Shown: piece by piece, positions 1 to 10,083 of the stretch
Layout of the letters: every line of letters begins with the position of its first letter
Position numbering within the stretch: the stretch's first letter is position 1
Source: Trypethelium eluteriae
Taxonomy: Eukaryota
Direction of reading: 5' to 3'
Length of the DNA stretch: 51,656 bases
NCBI GenBank assembly: GCA_051942245.1
Contig: JAVECL010000107.1
Span: forward strand, 1 to 51,656
Notes under the pieces: model-generated
Databases searched by the model: none
What the model was told of the DNA's origin: nothing
The model's input: the letters and a program-made list of their open reading frames with translations, nothing else
Program-made: the position numbers and the translations under genes

Positions 1-80
1 CACGCCGCCCCCGAAGCAATTCGCCTCTGACAAAAGCACCCTGCCTTCCTAAACCCCCCACCGGCGACCTAACATCCTGT

Positions 81-100
81 CCACCCTAACCACCCTAACC
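81..100 (+). repeat. Tandem telomere-like motif (CCACCCTAA)x2, possible Tbf1/Myb-type binding sites
   Basis: ccaccctaa-ccaccctaa-cc at 81-100, with further CCTAA cores at 48 and 68, just upstream of the putative TER. Confidence 0.55.
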
Positions 101-104
101 TGCT

Positions 105-1388
105 AACATGCGGCTGCCTCATCTAGGGGCCGTGCACCGCGCGCTAGATCAGCTGCGGCGACGGAATCCCCGTGGCCAAGCATCAATGCACGGGCCCCCA
201 GACATGCTCTGTTGGAGGCCACTCCCGACACCACGATCAACACAGCGTCGTAGGGCTGGCCGGCATGAGCATGGGCATGACATCAACCAGACTCGTTGCC
301 TACCTATTGCTGTTCCTTTTGCCTGCAGGACGACGAGCATGAGGATGCAACTGCTTGGTGCGTGGTGCGTGATGCATGATGCGGTGCGGTGACGTTCGTC
401 GCCGACGCACCTCGTCTTCTCGCCAAACTCGTCGTACCTAACCCTCCCTTTTCCGGCGTAGCCAGCAGTCGTAGATGGTACCGCGACCTGCCGATGCCGA
501 AATAATCCCAAGACATGATGACCCCTCAAACGGGCATAGTCCTTGCACAGAGTATGAGGGATTCTTGTGAGTAGATAGATGCTTGCGGAATGTCGTCAGC
601 CACTTCCGCCCTTGCACCGTGATTGGAGAAGACGTGCTGCTGAACCAAAGTTGCCGAATTCCTCACCTAGTTGTACTGGGTTTAAGGCAAACAGGGACTT
701 TCTGCACCACACGGACCTTTCATAATCTTAGATGTTTGTTGCGATCCTTCCGCCGAGCTTTTGCTTCTGCACTTTCAAGACATTGATCTAATAGGCATAA
801 GCACCAGAGTCTGGAAACATATCGCAGGTGTGCACGACGCAAAGCTCGTATGCTCGGAGCGCTGCTCATGTTTGGGTGGCATCTCCGTGCGGCTCGTCGA
901 TTTCCGACAATGTTTGCATATTCTGCTACTCAATCTGGAGGGCTGCGCCCGCACATAGGAAAAAGCTGCATTATATGCAGGCGCGTAATATCTGGGAGTC
1001 CGACGTGGTAGTGAGACGAGAGATAGATCGGTCTCGCGAGCATGCAGCCAAAAAAAACCCGCCTTCAGGGATGGGGAGCGACCGAGCGCAGGATCGCTCC
1101 TTGGTGCCAACCCCTGAAGATGCATCGAAGCACGCTAGAAGGCTTCTAGCGCAGGGGCAAGCCTTAGTGCGACATGTGCAGCTGAGCACGGACGTCTGAG
1201 CCACTCGACCTCGCGGACGAAACATCATCTTGCGAATCCTACACACCTCGCCCTAGGGCGGGGACGGCATCCAGGATCCTCCATGCGGTGAATGCACTGA
1301 ATGCAGGACATCAACCTTCATTCGTCCGAGCGCGACCTTCTGGAAATCCTCCCAGGCTTCCGGTGATTTCCCCTTTTCGCAATTTTGG
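105..1388 (+). ncRNA. TER: Putative telomerase RNA (TER/TR); ends approximate
   Basis: Template CCTAACCCT at 437-445 (1.5 telomeric repeats). Perfect 8-bp helix 330-337:428-435 ending 1 nt 5' of it (TBE). Core-enclosing helix GCCTGCA 321-327:TGCAGGC 976-982 with nested outer helices 305-310:985-990, 287-291:991-995, 230-235:1004-1009, 203-209:1038-1044 and 112-116:1045-1049. Crossing helices 754-759:843-848 and 768-775:962-970 form a pseudoknot with a U-rich loop. Three-way junction P5 1214-1221:1321-1328, P6 1225-1240:1273-1291, P6.1 1293-1305. Sm-like AATTTTGG at 1381-1388. No ORF with a recognisable protein lies here. Confidence 0.78.
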
Positions 1389-2036
1389 GTAACCCCCATG
1401 CAGTTGAGAAGATTAAACGAGTCTACCCTTGCCAATGCCCATGATGATTCGTCTGAGATCACTGTAGTCTACTAAGGACTGGGATCACGTCTGGTATTCA
1501 TGCTCGATCTTCGATTCGTCATGTCCAATAGCAAGCCAAACTAATGAGGTAGCATGATCTACAGTTGCTACTTGACTTGCGTCCCTGATTTTCAATGCAG
1601 TTGACTGCATCTTTTGTATCAAATCCCGCACGACAGCGTATCAGCCTTTGAGCTCTCTATACTCATCCCATGTCCCAGCAGCGCACCTGAAAAACGGGGG
1701 GTTCTCAGCTGAAATATCGTCGTCCTAGTCGTCCAGACTTGCAAAACTACTTCCTAAATAGGATAGAGGAAAATTCTGTGATAGCCAATACCAACAGAGT
1801 AGAATAGCCTAAAGGTGTTGTCATTTTGGTTTTTCGTTGCAGTGAAAGTTTCTTTCGAATGCACAATCAATCAAAAGACGCGAAAATCCAAAGTGTGCAA
1901 TTGGCCAACAATTTAAAGTAATCAAAATTATGATTTTGGCCATGGAGTTCGCCTTGCTACGTGGCAAAGAAGCATGTATTCGGAAACTTTTGTGGGTAGT
2001 ACCCTTCTCATAATTCAAAATATTTACAAGCATATG

Positions 2037-3224
2037 CTACCGCCTCTTCGAATTCAAATTCACCCGTGCACTAACACCAAGCTTGTGAACCACTCCTCTT
2101 CGCTCCCACACACCACTTCTGCCTTCAGCAACGGCTATCAATTCCTCGGCAACTCGCTGAGCAAAGCCTCCTCGCCCACTGCCCCGATTTTTTCGCTTCG
2201 ACGCAGCATCTAGAATCCATTGAACAGCCTGTCGGCGTCGCTGCCGCTGCCCAAGGGGAATTGGAATCTGTAGAGCAACTCCGCCTCCCGCAGCACCTCT
2301 TTCTGCTCGGATACGGAGAAGTGGAGCGACGGAATCGATAGCGACCGTCATGTAGAGAGTTGGATTCAGGGGGAGATGAGAGGGCGGCGGAGAGCCAGGA
2401 AGGAGAGGACGTTGTGGGGACGGAGTGGGTGGGGGCGACGTCCTCAGGTGGTTCAGTATCTCAGCCATATTCTGCCGTTGCCAAAATCACGTTAGCTATT
2501 CTCTTGCTTTTTGATGCCTACTGTAAGGTCGAATCTCTAGCGACGGTCGATCCTCAACATACTCTTTGCGCTACACCGAGTTTACCGTCTCGCATCAGCA
2601 GGTTGGTGACCTGGTGGACTAAGGGATCATAGCGTTGCCTTAACCGGTGATCAGTCGGGATACGTATTCCAGGTATTAGCGACTCGGTCTCTTGTACGGC
2701 TGGTTCTTGTCGAGCGGTAGTAGGCTGTGGTATCGTTTCGGTGGGACGTCTGGCGCTTGTAGAGAACGATCGCGACCCTTTTGGATTAGAAGGTTTGATT
2801 TCATCCTTGATGACCTTAGGCATATGTTCCTGCGCCGACTTGTCGCCTTGAAGAATCTATGCATTGGTGATCAGCGCAATATCTCCCTGACGAAATGGAG
2901 CTGGCAAGATTAAAGGTCCTTGGGCTGTCTGAAAGCCACAGACCGCAGAGTCGACCATTAGGAAAAAGCACTCACTTCCTGGATAGGCGTACCCTGCTGA
3001 AGATCCGGACCTTTCTCACCGGTTATCTTTGCTGTAGCTGCGGCTTCCTCGCTAACATGTGGTAATTGGTCCATGTTGGGTCCCTTCACCTCAGGAGATG
3101 GTTTGGCATCATCTTTGGCGTCAGAGAAGGTCCGATTTGATCGAATCACAAAGTTGGGCCGAAAGCGTGGGCGTATCGGTATCGCCGCTCTGAATCTAGC
3201 CTGAGCTGGTCTGCTCACAGACAT
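2037..3224 (-). CDS. RSM7: Mitochondrial ribosomal protein S7 (uS7m)
   Basis: Exons 3224-2976, 2856-2563 and 2471-2037. Motifs YDPLVHQVTNLLMRDGKLGVAQ, AIDSVAPLL, QIPIPLGQRQRRRQAVQWIL, FAQRVAEELIAVAEGRS. Arg-rich N-terminal presequence. Confidence 0.93.
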
Positions 3225-4464
3225 GGTGAAGGTTGCCTGGTTGCAAGGTTGAATTGATGAGGTCAAAGATGCAGTTGAATCGCACGAGCCTCGTCGTTGT
3301 CGCCGCACTCCGTGGCGCTCGCGGGTCCGAGCACTTTCACATCGCGCGGGCACTTAGTTAACCGCTGCAGAGCAAAGACAAGTTGGAGCCCAAGCTCAAG
3401 CAGCATGGATATCTTACACTCCAACAGTTGACCTTTGCGGTAACCATTCTCCGAACTACTATTGTGATTAGGCGGCTATAGTGAGACCAAAACGGTGTCC
3501 TATAGTGGTCCTCGACACGACACCTGAGGTCAGCGCGAACGACAAGACATCCCACCCAATCGAATGCTTCCACACTCTTTGCTGGTGAGTTGGTCAGCGA
3601 ATCAGAAGTGCCAGGCGTTTTTCACATATGGTGGTTCAAGACCATAGCTTCTGAGTCTCGATCTCAGGGCTCGTAACAACTTACAAGTTTGTTTCCAGAA
3701 GATGGATCACCAACTTGGACTATCCTTGGCAACCCTTCAAAAGCATTCGTTTAGGAAAGCAAGAATAATTCAAACTATGTACCCGAAAGGGCCACCAGCT
3801 TTAAAAAACGGTGTCTTAGGTTAGGACCATATAGAAATTAAATCGATAGCTCTACCTGCTTTATACTTTGACAGCTAGCATGCGCAACTTGAGGTTGATC
3901 TGAATTGCATGGAAAGTCAGGTACATAGTCAGCATGTCATACGAGTCTCCGCGTAGATTACTTTCGTTGTCATTGATATCTTACATACCTATCATCTAAT
4001 GTGCCATCGTTGAGCTGCTCAAGTTCTCAAGACGTGGACAGCACAGCACTGCGGGGCACCGAGACCGAGTCTCGGCGAACAAGCTTCGAGTACTACCTGA
4101 CCTGACCTAATCACAAATTCGTCAGGTACGACTGACCTGCTTCCGAAACAGTCGCGTTGTCATCGTACTTGCAACACGCCCTCTTCGATCCACCGAAATC
4201 CGTCTTTCATCATTCACTTCGAGAATTTCTTCGGTCGCCGCCCTCATGTGGTCCCTGGAGATCGGCTACCATTTCGTTATGTTCACAGACAGTGGCTAAG
4301 AATAATCGGTCGCTGGATTCCAACCGCCCTAGAGCTCCCATTACCTATCTTTACCACTCACTTTTCGTGCATATCAGCAGTCTCAGGTCGACATCGCCAA
4401 CCGAAGACTCGAATATCCACTGACTTGTCCATAATTTCCGGAACTTTAAGAGGAGTTTAGCAAA

Positions 4465-6342
4465 ATGTCTCTCTTGGACGCGGTAAATGAGGAGCAGCGT
4501 GAAATCCTGAAGGCCATAGAAGAAGAAAAGAAACAAAAGCAGAAGGGCGAAGAACAGAATCCGCCAAAGTCTAAAAATGACTCGCCCCCGCTGACGTTAC
4601 GGTTCAGTGATAATAAACCATCAAAGGGTGCGATGTCCACGGTGTACGGACGCTCACACTTGCCGGATCCCTTGATTCGAGCTGCTGCACGACGCAACTC
4701 TGCCTCTGACATTTTTGGAGGTCGCCCACCCCGATCCCCTTCATCCCGCGGACGACCCGGTTCACCCGGTGCAAGTCTGCTGAGTCCGACCTATACGAAT
4801 CAATACAGAGGCAGTCGATTGGGCAGCGCCAGATCACTGAGCGAAGGGCGGACTCGGTCCTATGAGGGTCCGCATAGGAGAGGTATCCTCAAAGCGTCCC
4901 TGGACAACGATGATGATGACGATGTCAATGATGAGGAAAAGAGTCGTGGCCGAGGCCGTATGAGGAGCATGAAAGCTGGTTCAGCAAGCGAAGAGAGTGA
5001 AAGCCAAAGCCCGTCTCTGCAGGAATCAAGTACGTCTCCCAGCTATCCAAGGAATATGTACCAAACACTGTTGCAGAACTGTACTGAAATGATCCAGATG
5101 CGCAGATACCTAGCCAGTATAAGGTGAAGTCCATGCTGGAACCCACTTTAACCGTCACTGGCCCGGATGGCGAAAAGGCTTTGAACAAGAAGACCGGCGT
5201 GCACCCGAATACAAATTTCGATCAAGGCGGCGCTTCTGGCGTTTCGACGCCCATCAACTCAGATACGGAGGCGGATTTCATGGACATTCGCCGGGCGCAG
5301 AAAATGGCCTTGACTATATCTCCTATACATTCGACGCCGGAAGCGCATCGGGTAATACGCCAAATCGTCCGAGGCCAATACTCCATGTTTCAACGTGAGG
5401 CCGAGCAGGGTCTACGACGACAACGGGTGTATCTTGTTGCCACTGATCTTAGCGAAGAGGCTGCATACGCTCTCGAATGGACGATCGGTACAGTACTCAG
5501 AGATGGTGACACATTGCTGGCAGTATACGCAGTTGACGAGGAAACGGGTACTGGAGGCGAGGCTTCAAGCGTTGGTATCGGTGAAGGCGCATCTGCCGTT
5601 AAAGACACCGCTAGTATCGTTGAATCTTTCCCAAAGGGTGTAGATGCGGCCATCAATCCATTCCGACCATCAGTCTACTCCAACGCCATACCCAATCCAC
5701 CAACGCCTGACTTGTCGGTCATGTCGAAGTCAGAACGCGAGAGGTATCATGCCGCAAGCAAAGTCAGTGACCGGTGCGTCAAGCTTTTGCGCAAGACGAG
5801 GCTGCAGGTCAGAGTTGTTGTGGAGGTCTTTCACTGCAAGAGTCCAAAACATATGATCACGGAAGTGGTGAGTTCCATGATTTGTTGATATCTACATCAC
5901 AAGTTGACTGATGTATGCTCTAGATCGACTTCCTCGAGCCCACGCTCGTCATTCTCGGTTCGCGAGGTCGAAGTGCTCTGAAAGGGTGAGTTATCTCTCA
6001 ATCTAACTGTATGCCTTTCAACCAAGGTAGAGACCTAACGCCTGTGCGTCCCTCAGTGTCTTGCTTGGTTCTTTCAGTAACTACCTCGTGACGAAATCAA
6101 GTGTTCCAGTTATGGTCGCCCGCAAACGACTTAAGAAGCATAGCAAGTATAGATCGACGAATGTTCGGCTGAGCAACGTCATCACGAATCCCAACCATAC
6201 GTCTAGCACGAGGTTTGCACATGCAAGGGTAGACGAGTTTGACAAGGTACGACCGGGCAGTGCTGAAGCCGAACGGTTGGAGCGCAGGAAGAAGAAGAAA
6301 GAGCAGGAGTTACAGGAGGCTTTGGCACTCATTCCTCGATGA
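4465..6342 (+). CDS. Universal stress protein (USP) domain protein
   Basis: Exons 4465-5029, 5098-5867, 5924-5985 and 6057-6342. YLVATDLSEEAAYALEWTIGTVLRDGDTL, IDFLEPTLVILGSRGRSALKG and LLGSFSNYLVTKSSVPVMVAR are typical USP motifs. Confidence 0.9.
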
Positions 6343-6699
6343 TAGCGTTTCTACCGACTTTCTGAGTTACGACTTTACGAATCATGCCATACTGCAGAAT
6401 AGCGTAGCTGTAGACCCAACAATCTTCACTCTTAGTCTTGAAATTCCATCCACTCATACTTGATACGCCCACGCTTCTCCGTCTCGAGTTCCACCTCTTC
6501 GAGATTATATTGTACGCCTCAACCTTGCCCAGTACCATTACTTGAAATTTCTGCCTCATTCTCGCGTTGGAGATTTCTGTGAAAGACTCGCAGTACTTCC
6601 CGTTGGATGCATTGGATGAGGGTTGAGGATAGTTGTAGTGAGCGAATGTATAGCAGGCGTCTGCTGCTACACACCGAGCCGGCAGTCCCTTGCTCTTGC

Positions 6700-7101
6700 C
6701 TATTCAACTCCATTTTCTGACTTCCATTGTGATAGGTAACGACGGCCACTCAGAGGTCCCAAGAGATCTCCCTTAAACTCTTCACCCTGAGGAAATTCAC
6801 CTCGACGTCTCTCGATCCGACTGGCGACAAATGGCTTTAGCTATAGACAAAGATGGTCAGCTTATCTGAATGACATTCGGTCCATCTTTCTATCGCGATG
6901 GGAGAAGCGTACCATAAACCCATCCAAATCGGGCACAACGTAGGTTCGCACTTTCTCGTATTCGACGATATAGCCTCCGTGCTTTGTATGGCGGCCCATT
7001 GAGCCAGAGCCCGTGCCCTTATAGTATCCTTTCCCGGCTTGCTTGGTAGTCAATGCGAGCCTTCGTAGGCGCCGGTACAGTGGTGCTGTAGGCTTGAACA
7101 T
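6700..7101 (-). CDS. MRPL27: Mitochondrial ribosomal protein L27 (mL41)
   Basis: Exons 7101-6913 and 6840-6700. RRLALTTKQAGKGYYKGTGSGSMGRHTKHGGYIVEYEKVRTYVVP joined to LKPFV. Confidence 0.93.
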
Positions 7102-7292
7102 GATGATGTGGTTCGTGGCGATGGTATTGTCTGTGGAATGAGAGCGGACTTGTGGATGCGAGGCTCGGAGGTGTTGCGGATAGACCCTTGCTTGTCGGCT
7201 TTGACTTTTTTCCTGGTCCAAATTCTCAGAGTCGACCTCCGCACACTAAACTTGACAATTTAGTTAATCCTCGGCCCGCATTACTATCAACC

Positions 7293-9992
7293 ATGGCGCG
7301 AAGAATAGCCCAAAGTTCAACAATGTTCACAATGAGGCGACCGGCAAGTGGGAAGAAGCGTAAGAAAGCACTTGATGCCCTTCCTATCGCCGAGCGACAA
7401 CAACATGACAGACCCGGCATTCGCCAGAGCCGTCTGGGAGATGCTGAAGATGATCGTACTGGTGTGAAGAGACGAAAACTGGGCTCAGTCGCGAACTCTG
7501 ACAATCGTGCAGACTCAGAGTTGCGGAGGCCTCGTGGAGATGATGTTCGCACTGATTCCGATGCTGATTTTGGCAGTGATAGCGAAGGCAACGAATGGCA
7601 GATGGGCGACGTTGACGTTGACGAGGATAGCGATTTGGACAGCGACGAAGCTTTCGGCGATAGTGATGAGGAGCGGTTTGAGGATTTTACTTTCCGTGGA
7701 TCTTCCAAGCCATACGCCACTTCTCGTTCCAGATTAGGCGCCAAACCCTCTAGCAGAGCTGAGGAAGAGTTCGATCTTAACGAAGGGGAAGAAGAAGGTA
7801 ATGCTCATGCGTCTACAGAAGATGGATCTGAGGATGATCTGGGTGAAGATGCTGTAGATCTCGCCACCGCACTGGATCAGTGGGAAGAAAGTGACGGAGA
7901 TCAGGAGGAAGATGAACCGAACGATAAGGTCAAAATGCGGAGTATCATGTCTGCTCTAAATGCAGATACGGAGGAGTCAAAAAAGACGGCTGGCTTGTCA
8001 AACTCAGTTGGACTCAAACATAATAGACTATCTTCAACTCGAAAGGACGGCCGAAACCGGGCCCTTGCGCCTCCGCTTCCAAAGCGTCAACAAGATCGCG
8101 TTGATAGGGCGGCAGCTACCAAGGAAGTCAAAAAGTCCTTAGATAAATGGATAGACACAGTGAAACACAACCGAAGAGCAGAACACTTGACTTTCCCGCT
8201 ACGAGACAATAGATCGGCCGATGTCCTACATCGAAACCGCATTTCTAGCACTATGGACAGTGCTCCTGCCAATGAATTGGAAAATGCAGTTCACAATATT
8301 CTTCAGGAGAGCGGATTGTCTTCAAAGTCGAAGGGCGATCAAGAAGGTCAGATTCGGGCATTCGAACAACTACAGGCCAATAAAATGTCGCTCGCTGAGG
8401 CCCAAGCACGCCAGGCCGAACTACGCAAGATGAGAGAGCTGCTTTTTCGTGAGGAGGTGAAGGCGAAACGGATTAAGAGGATAAAAAGCAAAGCCTATCG
8501 ACGGGTACACCGGAAGGAGCGGGAGCGTAATGCTCAAGCTGAAAGAGAGGCGCTTGCGTCTACAGGGGCTGATATCTCGGACGAAGAGCGTGAACGCCAC
8601 GATCGCCAAAGAGCTGAGGCACGGATGGGTGCCAAGCTTCGTAATAGTAAATGGGCTAAAGATATGCGGCAGAGTGGCAGATCCGCCTGGGACGAGGAGG
8701 CAAGAGAAAGCGTTATGGAGATGGCAAGACGCAAGGACGAACTCATGCAGAGAATGCAGGGCGAAACAATCCGGGAAGATGGCGATGGATCGGATCTCTC
8801 CAGTGACGAAGATGGAGATGGCAGCTATGAAGTCCAAGATCCAGCGCTTCAAAATCAAGAACGCCGAAGACTACACGGTCAGCTAAGTCGTCTGAGCGAT
8901 CAACCGGCTGGCGACGAGCCACGTTCGAAATTGCATTCGATGGCCTTCATGCAGAAAGCTGAGAGTGCTCGAAATGCGCAAAACCAGGAGGACATCGAGA
9001 GACTGAAGCGTGACCTCGACGGGGAAGAGGAAAGTAAGGATTCTGAAGATGATCAAGGCCCAGTGGGCCGAAGAACTTTCTCGGCCCCCAAAAAGGCCGT
9101 GCCTGAGTCCAGGCAAGATGAAGCGACTCTCGAGTTCGAGGAGGATCCTGCTTCTGATGAAGAGCGAAACGCAGGGAGACAATCCAACACTATAGAGACG
9201 GGGCTACCGCCTGTGCAGGGGAGCTCGAACCGCCGATCAGCACGGAGAGAAAAAGACAAGAACGCACCAGTAGCTCACAAGCGGCATGAAGATACTAATG
9301 CAGATATTAACCCATGGCTAAAACAGAATGGTCAACAACAAAAAGGTACTCCAGAAAGCAAGGGTCCAGACTCAAAAGCCTCGCAGGCAAACGTAGTCGA
9401 GAGCAACCGACTACGTACAGTCTCCAAAAAGCAACGATCAGCTGGGATCATCAAGCCTGACGAGGTAACCACATCGCTAGAAGAGCAACCAGGTAGTGGG
9501 GATGAAAGTCAGGGAAAACTAGCCCCATTTGTCCTACGCAACCAAGATCTTGTTCAAAAGGCTTTCGCTGGGGACAATGTAGTCGCAGACTTCGAAGCAG
9601 AAAAGAGAGAGGCCGTTGCGGATGAGGAGGAGAAAGTGATCGACAACACGCTGCCCGGCTGGGGGAGTTGGGTCGGCGAGGGCATCAGCGCCAAAGAGCG
9701 CAAACGTGCCAAAGGCCGCTTTGTGCAGAAAGAAGCGGGCGTCAAAGCTAGCGATCGCCAGGATGCCAAGCTCGATCGTGTCATTATGAATGAGAAGCGT
9801 GTGAAGAAGAATACTAAATATCTTTCGCCTGGGCTTCCGCATCCGTATGAGTCTCAGGCGCAGTATGAACGGGCGATGAGATTACCCGTGGGTCCGGAGT
9901 GGACAACGAAGGAGACATTCCAGAACATGACGAAGCCACGGGTAATGGTCAAACAGGGTGTGATTGCACCGATGTCTCGGCCAATGATTTGA
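7293..9992 (+). CDS. UTP14: U3 snoRNP-associated protein Utp14 (SSU processome)
   Basis: Single ORF from ATG 7293. LAPPLPKRQQDR, KAKRIKRIKSKAYRRVH, TLPGWGSWVGEG, YERAMRLPVGPEWTTKETFQ, KPRVMVKQGVIAPM. Confidence 0.95.
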   Translation: MARRIAQSSTMFTMRRPASGKKRKKALDALPIAERQQHDRPGIRQSRLGDAEDDRTGVKRRKLGSVANSDNRADSELRRPRGDDVRTDSDADFGSDSEGNEWQMGDVDVDEDSDLDSDEAFGDSDEERFEDFTFRGSSKPYATSRSRLGAKPSSRAEEEFDLNEGEEEGNAHASTEDGSEDDLGEDAVDLATALDQWEESDGDQEEDEPNDKVKMRSIMSALNADTEESKKTAGLSNSVGLKHNRLSSTRKDGRNRALAPPLPKRQQDRVDRAAATKEVKKSLDKWIDTVKHNRRAEHLTFPLRDNRSADVLHRNRISSTMDSAPANELENAVHNILQESGLSSKSKGDQEGQIRAFEQLQANKMSLAEAQARQAELRKMRELLFREEVKAKRIKRIKSKAYRRVHRKERERNAQAEREALASTGADISDEERERHDRQRAEARMGAKLRNSKWAKDMRQSGRSAWDEEARESVMEMARRKDELMQRMQGETIREDGDGSDLSSDEDGDGSYEVQDPALQNQERRRLHGQLSRLSDQPAGDEPRSKLHSMAFMQKAESARNAQNQEDIERLKRDLDGEEESKDSEDDQGPVGRRTFSAPKKAVPESRQDEATLEFEEDPASDEERNAGRQSNTIETGLPPVQGSSNRRSARREKDKNAPVAHKRHEDTNADINPWLKQNGQQQKGTPESKGPDSKASQANVVESNRLRTVSKKQRSAGIIKPDEVTTSLEEQPGSGDESQGKLAPFVLRNQDLVQKAFAGDNVVADFEAEKREAVADEEEKVIDNTLPGWGSWVGEGISAKERKRAKGRFVQKEAGVKASDRQDAKLDRVIMNEKRVKKNTKYLSPGLPHPYESQAQYERAMRLPVGPEWTTKETFQNMTKPRVMVKQGVIAPMSRPMI

Positions 9993-10083
9993 CGTGAAGA
10001 TGTCTATTGTCAGATGAAACGAATATCTTGATCACGGTAGATAGGTAGCATACATTCTAAAAGCTAGAACTACAATTGAACAT

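Noticed and set aside
101..126. GCTAAC...TAG as branch point and acceptor of an upstream protein gene
   Set aside because: None of the three downstream frames gives a credible protein, and the sequence participates in long-range RNA helices.
1111..1180. Hairpin CCCCTG:CAGGGG followed by GCCTTAGTGC as an alternative P6/P6.1
   Set aside because: No 4-bp stem closes the UUAGU loop; the 1214-1328 junction fits much better.
1441..1456. Box C (ATGATGA) and box D (CTGA) snoRNA motifs
   Set aside because: Only about 5 nt apart, with no guide region or terminal stem.
108..1462. Many short ORFs on both strands in the first 1.5 kb
   Set aside because: No recognisable domains and no consistent spliced model; better explained by a structured ncRNA.
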